From: Carcharhinus amblyrhynchos
Taxonomy: Eukaryota
Assembly: GCA_965287045.1 (NCBI GenBank)
Contig: OZ336878.1
Span: forward strand, 60,078,001 to 60,142,000
DNA: 64,000 bases
Direction: 5' to 3'
The translations under genes and the position numbers were made by a program. The notes beneath the pieces are model-generated. The model had not been told where the DNA came from, did no database searches, and saw only the letters and a list, made by a program, of their open reading frames with translations. Shown piece after piece: positions 25,663 through 36,300 of the stretch. How positions within the stretch are numbered: the stretch's first letter is position 1; each line of letters opens with the position of its first letter.

Positions 25663-25846
25663 ACAGTAAGAAGTCTCACAACACCAGGTTAAAGTCCAAC
25701 AGGTTTATTTTGAATCCCCAGCTTTCGGAGTGCTGCTCCTTCACCAGGTGATCTGACTCACCTGATGAAGGAACAGCGCTCCGAAAGCTTGTGATTCCAA
25801 TTCTTACTGTGCCCATCCCAGTCCAACGCCGGCATCTGCACATGAT
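25663..25846. mobile_element. Fold-back Penelope pLTR derivative with hammerhead-like cores in both arms
   Basis: Inverted arms AGCTTTCGGAGTGCTGCTCCTTCACCAGGTG and CACCTGATGAAGGAACAGCGCTCCGAAAGCT; ends in CCAGTCCAACGCCGGCATCTGCACATG. Confidence 0.85.
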
Positions 25847-25849
25847 ATT

Positions 25850-26128
25850 GAATCACAGCATCAAATCACTACAGTGCAAAAGGAGGCCATTCGGACCATC
25901 AAGCCCTATCCCATAGCCCCCAGATATTTACCCTGCTAACCCCCAACACTGAGGATCAATTTAGCATGGCCAATCAACCTAACATGCACATCTTTTGGAT
26001 GTGTGGGAGAAAACTGGAATATCCTGTGAAAACCAATGCAGACACAGGGAGAATGTGCAAACTCCACACAGGTAGTCACCCAAGGCTGGAACTGAACCCG
26101 GGTTTCTGGTGGTGGGTCACCATGCTAA
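25850..26128 (-). mobile_element. V-SINE / HE1-like SINE
   Basis: AATTTAGCATGGCCAATCAACCTAAC...GCAGACACAGGGAGAATGTGCAAACTCCACACA on +. Confidence 0.8.
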
Positions 26129-28107
26129 TGTATAAACAACTATAGTAGTGAATGCACTGACATTTAGTGTAATCTAGAGTTCTATCAACACATTCCACTT
26201 TTATTTGGTTAATGTAATGTCCTCTGTTATGGGTTGTGGGTTTTACACAAAAAGATGTGGTCTGCATACATAGATTCAAACTAACAGCAGATTTATTCTA
26301 GGAAGTCTTGTCTGTACGAGTACAAACAAAGTAAAACAGCAGCCTTTGCAAACATCCTAATGACATCATCAAATCATGTGATCAGCTTTTAAAGTAATCA
26401 GCAACCAATTAACAATATAACACGTAACGCAAATCAAATTCTAAAAACCGTAAGAAATGAAAGTTGCCCAACCTTTCCTACTAATGGAGTTCCAACACAG
26501 GTTACATATAGAGAATAATTAACAACGTTGAACTGCATTTTTCTCAAGTACTGCAGAACATGTGTGACACTTTGCAGTATATATGCTTCAACACCTTTTC
26601 CAACAAGTTTGGTAAACTATTGTTACTCAACGAGTCACTTTAGCCTAGCTCCAACCACTCCGTTCCACCTGCAGTTCAGTTAATCATAAACAGGTTGTCG
26701 TCACCTGGCCAACAAATAAAACCTCATGCCAGGGTTATAAATTTTCTAGGCTTTAGCATAGTGCTGCTGGGAAAGTGCAGCTCTTACTCTTACACAGGGA
26801 CAGTGACTTTACTTCATGTTCCATTAGCAAGCAGGTGAGAGAATAGAGGCCAACTCAGAGTTGAACAAGAGACATACCAACATTTATCATCAGGCTACAC
26901 AGCACACCAAACAATGGTGACAGTATGACCAGGCCTTACCTACTAAACAGCTCTGCACAATTTTAGCAGATATCCTGTGCATCTGTTTATTTTTTTAAAA
27001 TACTGTCTACATAAGCTTCTGTTCAGACCCGACCATTTAATTTGAAGTACAGCCGTAAGCGAAACGAATCAATTTTTGAGACAGCCTTATGCACACTAGC
27101 GTGATAACATTTTCCAAAATAAATGACTCCCACAAAGACAGCTTGCTCTTGTAGCACAAGCTTTATACTGAGGAAGCAGCTTGTACTATTTATCATTCAC
27201 TATCGCTGACATACTAAGTCAAGACATCCCAGTACCCAAGTATTAACTATGCAGAGCATGTGTCAGCAGACAGTCGAACCCATCAACAAAAGCAGTCATT
27301 CAGCAAGGAAGAGCAAAGCAAACTAAAAATCTGTTACAAACTCTGCTCCAATATGCATCTCATTTGAGCTCAATCCAAAATCGCCAAGTGCCTTCAAAAA
27401 CTGCTCATGTCGGATTGTAAAATATTGAAGTCTCTATCTTTTTTTTTAAATCACAAGGTCAGTTTTAAAACTATACTTTTGATATGCTTAAAAATTATTT
27501 CCATTCTGCAGCAAACGTTTCCAATAGATTTTCCTTGCACACAAAAATCACCAATGTGCGATACTGTGAGTTTAAACACTAGATCTTAGATCAACACAAG
27601 TTTATCCTGAGCTCTTTCACTGTACTGACATGCTCCAGGTGCCTACACGTACCAGACATAGAAACGATAACTAATAGGTAACAGTGGCAAATGATCTTTC
27701 CTCTGAAGAGACCAGAATTCAAGGTTTATGTAAAACTATGACAAATTCAATGCAACTCAAATGCCTTAAAAAGTTTATTTTAAAACAAAGCACACAATTT
27801 TATCGCAATTTTTTGTCAAACCTTTTTTAATTTGCATAGTATGACAAAGCAGGGTCTTCACAAGCAGCACCCAAAGCAAGTCTCTATTTATTCAAGTCAG
27901 AAAGCCACAAATCATTTTTAAAATAGCCACTAATAAAATATTAAGATTTATATTTCACGGGATTTTAGAACTATAACTCACCCAAAAGAATCTGCAAACT
28001 AGTATCGATGTCAATTTGAGACAAGACATTCCATTTGGCAGCTATTCTCTTGCACGCAACAGAATTATTTAAACCTACAGTTATTCACAGGAATTAAGAG
28101 AACTCAC

Positions 28108-28192
28108 ATAATCATGGAAGGCTTTTGCTTCACTTGAATGTTCACATGTGTCTCGTCTTTCAGGAGCTGCACAGTAAAGGTCCCAAAATACA
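28108..28192 (-). CDS. SSBP3: SSBP3 coding exon 4
   Basis: CAG acceptor, 85 nt encoding (C)[34 protein letters not shown] donor. I did not find the next exon (SAAAAPSP...) in 1-28107, so intron 4 appears longer than 28 kb. Confidence 0.97.
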
Positions 28193-30344
28193 CTGGGGGA
28201 GGAAGAAAAATGTTCTGTTACTATTTCACCTATTCTCAATGCAAAAGATAATATACTCCAGGCATGTACATGCAAAACACAAGTGTTCCGTTAACAAAGA
28301 TCATTAGGTTGCAATCCACTGTGCTCAAGAGAATACAGGGCTCTCAATGATAAACTAAATACAGGATGTATACTGGTAGCAAAACCACAAAAACAAGTAG
28401 TTCATAAATTCAAAACTTTAAAAAGCAGCAGAATGAAAAGACAATTCAGTTTATAATATTTACAACAAACTGACAGGTAAAAAAGCAATATAACTTAGAC
28501 TGAGTGACAATCAAATAAATGGATGCTCATATTAGTTGACTGCAAGTAGTAACTCCAAGGAAACAAGTTACAATTCTAACCCATAGCTTCTCTCAAGGCA
28601 TCTGCTCATTCATATTGTGAGCTGCACATTCACAAATCCCCAGGTTCCGCCCCAGGCCTGTACCTGCAGGTGCTCAACTTAAACATTTACCTGACTGAAC
28701 CCGTAAATTTGCAAACTAGTCAGTCATTATTCCATATAATTAGTGTCCCGTTGACAGCTCTCCAACTTGTACTATATATAATTCACAGCCATCAAAATGA
28801 AATCCTGCCTTATCTTAAGCAGACCTACTTGTAAGAGATCCTAATTACTAGCAATTAGGGACAGATTATCGTAAACATGATTTAAAAAACTGATTTCCAC
28901 TCCCCACCTTTTTGTCAGAAATTCCAACCCTCTCCGAATCCGCTACAGGAAGCGCACATTCATATTGAGCTACAATTCCAAAGGCACCAGCATCTCCTGA
29001 AAGACTAAACAATCCATCTGAACAGTAACAATAAGCTATTCCACCAAATGTGTCTCAGCAAAACCCTTCATAAAACCTCAGTTTATCCTTAGTTATTTCA
29101 CAAACACACAAATTAGGTAAACATAGAAGACAGCCATTTTGCCATTCGGTTCATTCACAAAACCTACAATCTTCTTTGTGTCTGCCTCTTGACCGACTCC
29201 CATGCCATCACCACTTAGGTTTGCCTCCACACTTCCAGTGGGAGTTTATGCTTAACAATCAGTAACTCTAGCTGGTTCTACTGCTCCCTAGCCTGAGGAC
29301 AACTATAGCACCCCATCACTTAGGCCAAGATTAGCAGAAACGCAAATTAAACCTGATCCATATGGCTCAATCTCACTCCAGACAGTGCATCAAGAAGGTT
29401 AGATGTACTAATCATTAAAAATATTAAACATTTTTTAAACAACTTGCTCCCAGGCCTGTTGCCTTTCAGCCTGCTCATAGGTTATAGATCATTAGGCAAA
29501 CCTTACCATCTTCATTCAACCCCTCTCTAAAACATTGCCATTGCACTCTGCATGAGTGCTTAGCCTATCATTTTTGTTTTGTAGACTTAATAAGAACCTT
29601 TGTATCAAAACCTTCCAGTGCAAGTAAAATATGATCATGTGATTCCCACAATTATGCAGAATGCGTAATAACAGATTCAATTAAGTCCAAAGAGATTTTA
29701 AAATCTATGTAGAAATCCCACAGCTTCTAAACATTGCTGGGGGTGTCTAAAGCACAGTTTTAAGTCAATCACTCTTCTAAAACAATAAATGGATTGATCA
29801 GTAGCAAATTCAATACATCTTTTGACTTCTAACAATAGATGAACCCATACAATATTCATTAGTACAACACTCAAACAGCCAAATTAGTCACTAGATGTCA
29901 CAATCCTTGTTCCACTGAAGACTCAAGCTTTTTAACAACATATACAAGAATCAAAGACCCTGAAGTCTGTAATTGAGGTGAACAAACTGTCACTATAGAT
30001 TCTCCAAAAAAAATTAAGACAAACTGCTAAGATGTCACAAAAAAGCTCTTTTAAAATGATGCACTTTGCACAAATAGAAAACTACAATCCTGTATCAACT
30101 TTCACCATCATTACTATAGTCCCTCAAAAGAGAGGCTTTTAGTAAAAAGAGAGAGAAAATGGTAACTAGCACAGATTAAAATAGAATTTTAAGTCCTCTC
30201 CAACAGTTTACCGAGTAGCAGACTGGTAGTGTGCCAGTTCAGTTTTCAGCCAACTGAAGAAAACAGTATATGAGGACCAGAATCTCAAACTCAACACTAG
30301 GGTCATGGTTTATCAGGCAGCAGTATTCCCCATGCTACTACATA

Positions 30345-32120
30345 CAAATATATGAATTGGGAGCAGCAGTAGGCCATTTGGCACATCATGCCTGCTCGCT
30401 CCACTATTCAATAGGATCATGGGTGAACTGATTGTGGCATCAACTCCACATTCCACCTACCCTCGATAATATTTGCCTCTCGTGATCCTGCCTCCACTGC
30501 TCACTGAGGGAGATAATTCCAAAGTTCACAACCTCAAGAAAACATTTCTCATGTCCACCTTAAATCGTTCCCTAGTTCTAGTCTCTCTGAAAAGGGCTAC
30601 ATCCTTTCAGCATCCACCCTGTCAAGTTCCCAAAGAATCTTGAATCTTTTAATAAAATACAGCTACAGCTCAACCTTTAAAACCATTATTCCTACAAGAC
30701 TCATCTCCAGACTTTGTGACCTGAGGCTCAACTCATCCCTCTGGAACTTGATCCTAGACTTCCAAATCGCACTCAGCAAGGATAGACAACAACACTCCCT
30801 CCACAATCATCCTCTCAACACCAGTGCCCCACAAGGCTGTGTCCTCAGCCCTTACACACCTTTGACTGTCTGTCCAAATTTCCCTCCAACTCGATTTTCA
30901 AGTTTGCTGATGACACCACCACTGTGGGTCGGATCTCAAATAAAGACAAGACAGGGTACAGGAAAGAGATAGAGAATCTGGCACGATGACAATAATGTCT
31001 CCCTCAATGTCAACAAAACAAAGGAGATAGTCATCAACTTCAGGAAGCAGAGTACAGAGCATGCCCCTGTCTACATCAATGGGGATGAAGTAGAAATGGC
31101 CGAGAGCTTCAAGTTTGAAGGTGTCCAGATCCCCAATAACTTGTCCGGGTCCCTCTATTCAGATACTATAGTTAAGAAAGCATACCAACGCCTCTACTTC
31201 CTCAGGAGATTAAGGAGATTTCGCTACAACTCTCACCAATTTCTACGGATGCACCATAGAAAGCATTCTTTCTGGTTGTATCACAGCTTGGTATGGCTCT
31301 AACTCTGCCCAAGATTGCAAGAAACTACAAAGGGTCATGAATGAAGCCTAGTCCATCACTCAAACCAGCCTCCCATCCATTGAAACTGTCTACACATCCC
31401 GCTGCCTTGGAAAAACAGCCAGCACCCCACATTCTATTCCACCTTCTTCCATCAGGAAGATACAATCACGTACCAATCGACTCAAAAACAGCTTCTTCCC
31501 TCCTGCCATCAGTCTTTTGAATGGATCTAACTTGCACTAAGGTGATCTTTCTCTACACCCTCTGACCGTAACACTACAGTCTTCACTCTTTTCCATGTAT
31601 ACTATGCTTTGTCTGTAGTGTGCAATAATACTTTTTACTATACACTAATACATGTGACAATAATAAATCAAATCTAATCAAATCAAAATTACCACTTAAT
31701 TCTTACAAACTCCAACGGATACAGGCCCAGCCTATCCAACCTTTCCTCATAAGATAATCTCCTTCATCCCCAGTCAAGTGAACCTTCTCTGAACTGCCCT
31801 TAACACATTTATATCCTTTCTTAAATAAAGCGACCAAACTGTACACAATACCCTACATGTGGTCTCACCAATGCCAACTCAATTCCATTTGCCCTCCTAA
31901 TCATTTGCCGTAACTGCAAACTAACTTTCTGATCTGTGTACCAGGACAGACATATCATTCTTTATATCTCAGTTCTGCAACCTCTTTTCATTTAAATAAC
32001 ATGCTGCTTTTCTTTTGTTCTTGCCAAAGTGGATTCATTCACCTTTTCCCACATTCAACTCCCATCTGCCAATTTTTTGCCCACTCACTTATCTATGCCC
32101 CTTGGAAACTCAATGTTCTC
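30345..32120 (-). mobile_element. CR1 fragment split by a Rex1/Babar-like insertion
   Basis: CR1 3' tail at ~30345-30655 resumes at ~31690 (ATTCTTACAAACTCC...CCTTTCCTCATAAGA) after the inserted element. Confidence 0.7.
30660..31688 (+). mobile_element. Rex1/Babar-like LINE 3' part
   Basis: Motifs APQGCVLSP, KFADDTT, LNVNKTKEIVINFR and KKAYQRLYFLRRLR; tail TGTGACAATAATAAATCAAATC(TAATC/AAATC)n. Confidence 0.85.
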
Positions 32121-32204
32121 TTCACAACCTTCTTTCCTACCTATTTGTGCTTATATGCTTCAGATACTTTAACTTACAGCAGGCACCACAAAACACTGGA
32201 GAAT

Positions 32205-32660
32205 CACCACCTGTGATACGTTTGCAAGATTCTACAAATCTAATGGCAAGACATTCCCTCCAGCAGCTGCCCCAAAACCAACTTGTCCAATATTGAGGTG
32301 CTAATCACTCAAAACCAGCTCCGTTGGGCAGGACATCTAGTTCACATGCCTGATACCAGATTCCCAAAGAACTGTTCTACTTGGAACTCGGTTGTGGTAC
32401 GAGACACCCAGAAGGACAGCAGAAATTGGTTCGGGGTGTCCTCAAAACATTCCCAAAGAAGTCAAATATCCACAATGCCTTATGGGAGACACTGGTTTGT
32501 CATCAACTAAATTGGGAAAAGTTAATTCAGGAAGACACTATCAGAAGGAGTGCACAAACCTCCAAACAACTCATCCATCCACCCCTTCAAGCAGCATTTG
32601 TCAGACTTATCAATCATCTTGTGTAGAAGCAAATCATCCTCAACCCTGAAAGATAGCCTA
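32205..32660 (+). mobile_element. RTE-clade LINE 3' fragment
   Basis: Peptide SNIEVLITQNQLRWAGHLVHMPDTRFPK is typical of the RTE ORF C-terminus. Confidence 0.75.
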
Positions 32661-35041
32661 ACAGACAGAATATTCATACATTCAGCCTGGAAGATCCTAG
32701 ACTTAATGCTAATTTGGCCAATCCTGGGATAGCAACTGATGTGGTAGAATTGGCTTCAACACCCTTTGGCTAGGCTGAGGGGTGAAAACCAGATATGCCG
32801 TTGCCAACTTTTTAGTAACCTCCGCATATAAAGATAATAACTTATTACGTTCCTATATAAATGCATATAAAACTAAAGGATATTTTAGTGACTTGGGAAT
32901 GGGCAAGGAAGAGTGATATCGTCTGTACTGTCCAATATTCCATATCAGTAAATCACACTGCATGGAAGATATGGGCCCCAAATTTGATTGGTTGTGCAGC
33001 CAGGACCAAATGATATGGTATGGAGCTACCCAGCACAAGCAGATATCCTGCCCATGAAGGGCAGGGTTAGAGGTATCTAACAAAAGCAGATATCTTGACA
33101 ATGAAGGGGGGGTGGGGGTGGGGGATGATGCAAGGGTTCGAAAATAGAAAATGGTTGAAGATGATCACTTGGACTTTGTTCAGGAACCTGAGAATCAGGC
33201 CCAGTGACTGATACAAGCAAGCCAAATACTGTAAATTACTTAAGGCTGGCCAAAACTATACATGTACAACTAAGTATACAAACAAATGCTTATCAAACTA
33301 TAATTCTATGACAGGTTACAAAGTTGCACAGAAACAAGTTGCTCCACGTCAAATAACTCTGACAATGGGTCACCTAGACTTGAAATGTTGGTTCTACTCT
33401 CTCTCCACAGATGTTGACATTTTCTATTTTTGTTTCAGATTCCAGCATCTGCAGTAGTTCGTGTTTTATCAAAAAACTGTTTATTCAGAAGACAATTTTA
33501 CACAAGATGGGCTAGTGACAGACATCAGTTATGTATATAGTATGGAATTCCCAATTCACTTTAAATATGTCCAGCATAAAATTCCCTTGCATTGTTCCCA
33601 CCCCCATATATCCATAAACAGCTGCCATTCCCTCTTTTAGTTCCAGCAGGACTGTGTGGGTGGCTGCTAAGCTACAATCAGCATCACTCTGTAATCAGTT
33701 AATAGAAGGAACGCCACTTTGGGGACTCCTCTCAATTTTTCACTCAAGATATTTAACTGCACCTTGGAGGTCGAATCCAGTCCTGAATGAATTCTTAGCC
33801 CTCTTGGCTTTTCTGTCCAAGACAATATATTGAAAAGTCACTGAAAAATTCCACAGTTCTCTAGCACCCCTCTGTCCTCAAAGCAGAAGAACCACCATCT
33901 GGTCCTATCCTATTAGACAACAAGCCAACAGGCAAACTAATCCCAATAAAGTAATTCTGTTGTGAAACAAGCCAGAGAATAAATAGATTCCAGCTTCAAA
34001 CCCCCTGTCCGTAATAGGTTGTACCTCAGGTGGGAACGACAGCAATCTTTCCAGAGAAGAGGGGGCGGCATTGGGAGATGTTAATTAACTAGCCACAGTG
34101 CTCAATCAACACACTAACTCCTACTTGAAAACGGGCATGTGTGGACATCGGACAAATACCCAAAACTTGTCTGTGATACCATTCATGGTTAAATATTCTG
34201 CCAACACAAGTTGAGGCTCCCACATGAAGAATGGCTACTTGCAAGAGGTTTTGGAAAATTGTTGCCACCTGTGGAACCACACCTCAGCAAGAGACAAAAT
34301 ATGAAATAAATGGGAGAAAAATTGAAGGTTGATTTTCTTCTTAGTTCGTAGGATGGGATTCAACTTGCAAGCTGCAGTTCTGCACTGAACCAACAAAATT
34401 GTCCATCGGTTCCAATCGCCTATCAAAACACAGCTAGGTTTTCAATCCATTTTAAGAAAGTAACAATAGCCCTAAGAGTATGATTTTAAAAAAATTAAAC
34501 CTACCTAATAAAACAGACGTAACTGTCCACCACATCTGGAGAATACTATATTTTTTTCTTGTAGGTCTTAAAACCTACAGCAAAGCAACCAGAGTTTGCC
34601 CACTACCCAGTACTGTATCGTGGGGGGGGGGGGGGGAGAGATTGTGGTTGGAGAAAGAGGGGCCATCCACACAAGTAAAATATCTGTCTGCAATAACTGC
34701 AAAATGATCTCATCCACACTTGAAATCCTAGCATATGGCTGCGTGGCTCACGATGCAATTTGGAAAATAACCCATAAAAGCTGTATTTTTAAAAAATGCA
34801 CAGCCAACAAGTAACGAAAGGACGTTTAAATCAGCACCAAAACTTCCGATTTTATCAAAGAGATGCCTGTTGCTACTACAGCTCTTTTGTGTTGATCCCA
34901 TTATCTGCGTTTTTTTGGTACAATGTTGCCAAAAAAGTTCCAAGAGAAAACAGAGAATCAAAGTATCTATATTTATCACATAGAACGATGATGGGAACTC
35001 TGCACAAGCCCAATGTGGGACACTTAAAATTATCCACTTAC

Positions 35042-35103
35042 CACCACCAGGAGTGTAAAAACCCAGGAGGTTCTCCTAATGTAATATTTTTCTCCCATCG
35101 TAT
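35042..35103 (-). CDS. SSBP3: SSBP3 coding exon 3
   Basis: Polypyrimidine tract plus CAG acceptor, 62 nt encoding [20 protein letters not shown](C), GTAAGT donor. Confidence 0.97.
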
Positions 35104-35342
35104 CTGCAAAATAAAAACAAAAAAAACACTCAGAAGTAGTACAGGAGAAAATGGGAGGGGGGGGGTGGGTGGAGAGAGAGGGGAACGAGGGCAGGCTGCA
35201 TTCAGAACTAGTCAGCTGAATAGATTTTTTTTTGTTTTGTAGCCACAATAAATGGCAAAAGGTTAACACAATTCAAAATGGAGGCGAGATTGTCCGCCTG
35301 AGAAACAAAGGCTAAAGCGGAGTGATGGAGACATGCAGTTAC

Positions 35343-35415
35343 CTCTGAGAGGAAGGTCTGTGCAGATTTCTGTGCCCCGACATGAAGCAGATATTCGTAC
35401 ACGTACAGAGCCAAC
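35343..35415 (-). CDS. SSBP3: SSBP3 coding exon 2 (LisH part of the LUFS domain)
   Basis: CAG acceptor, 73 nt encoding (K)[29 protein letters not shown] donor. Phase is compatible with exon 1. Confidence 0.97.
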
Positions 35416-36300
35416 CTGCGGGCGAAGGAGACACAAAGGGAGCCGGTTACAAGGTTTCTATTTATTACAGCGGGAATGCAGAAAGAGAGAGCAAAGAGGG
35501 GAGCTGGGGGTTTGTCAGCGAGCGGCGCTGCACCCAGCCAGCCCCGCCGGACACAATGTTTCATTCAGTTTCTTTAAAGACGCGGAAACGCACAGCGTGC
35601 GAGTCAAAAACAAATAGAAATAATGATAAGGATGAAAAGCGATTTAATCCCCGGGATCTGCAGCGGCCGCTGTCTGGCCCCGGGGAGCCAGTAAACGGTG
35701 GGCAGGTTTCTTCATTTCCACAAGTAACAAAAAAAATTAAAACTTACTTTTCTCGAGCCTGCCCGTCCGAGGGCACCGCCGAACCTTTGCTTTTGGCGAA
35801 CATGCTTTTTTTTGGGGGAAGGAGCTGCCTGGCGTCGGGCACCTGTCAAACCATCAAACCCGGGGCGACCCCATCGCCGCGTCCGCGCACGCAGCCCAGC
35901 CCCGGCAGCGGAAAGGGCGGTCCCGGCTCCGCCCCCCAGACCCCCACGAGCCGGAGTGACAGGGGGCGCCAGCCAATGGCCGCCAGAGGCTGCGCGTCAA
36001 TCTCTCCCGCCAGCCTATCGGCGGCTTCGACGCCACGTCAATCAGCCCCGGGCGGCCCTCCCGCTGCGCCAATCAGACGCAGGCAGGTGGGCGGGTGTTT
36101 CCCGCTGGAGTGACTGGCCAGTTTGGTTACAGAGGCGGACTGCGCTGATTGGTCGCCGGCTCAGATACATCGGCGCGGGGAGCCTGGAAACCGCGTGCCC
36201 AGGAGTTTCTAAAACCCCCCCCTCCTCCTCTGCTATTCCGGGCTGGGGCGGCATTCCCCCTACTCGGCGGCTGCTGTAAAAACCTGGGACGGAATACTAC
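35380..36300 (-). promoter_or_regulatory. CpG island / SSBP3 promoter and 5' UTR
   Basis: Sharp GC- and CpG-rich island in an AT-rich, CpG-poor background, overlapping exon 1. It contains several CCAAT/ATTGG boxes (~35973, ~36069, ~36148) and GC boxes (GGGCGG/CCGCCC). Confidence 0.88.
35748..35803 (-). CDS. SSBP3: SSBP3 (single-stranded DNA-binding protein 3 / SSDP1) coding exon 1
   Basis: ATG at 35803 reads MFAKSKGSAVPSDGQARE(K), nearly identical to the vertebrate SSBP3 N-terminus (MFAKGKGSAVPSDGQAREK). 56 nt, followed by a GTAAGT donor at 35747-35742. Confidence 0.96.

Noticed and set aside
32258-32280. CAGCAGCTGCCCCAA resembling the start of SSBP3 exon 5 (AAAP)
   Set aside because: It is on the wrong strand, lies between exons 3 and 4, and is inside an RTE fragment.
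35382-36279. 243-aa and 155-aa plus-strand ORFs
   Set aside because: They lie antisense across the GC-rich CpG island, where stops are rare, and are low-complexity P/A/G/R sequence with no recognisable domain.
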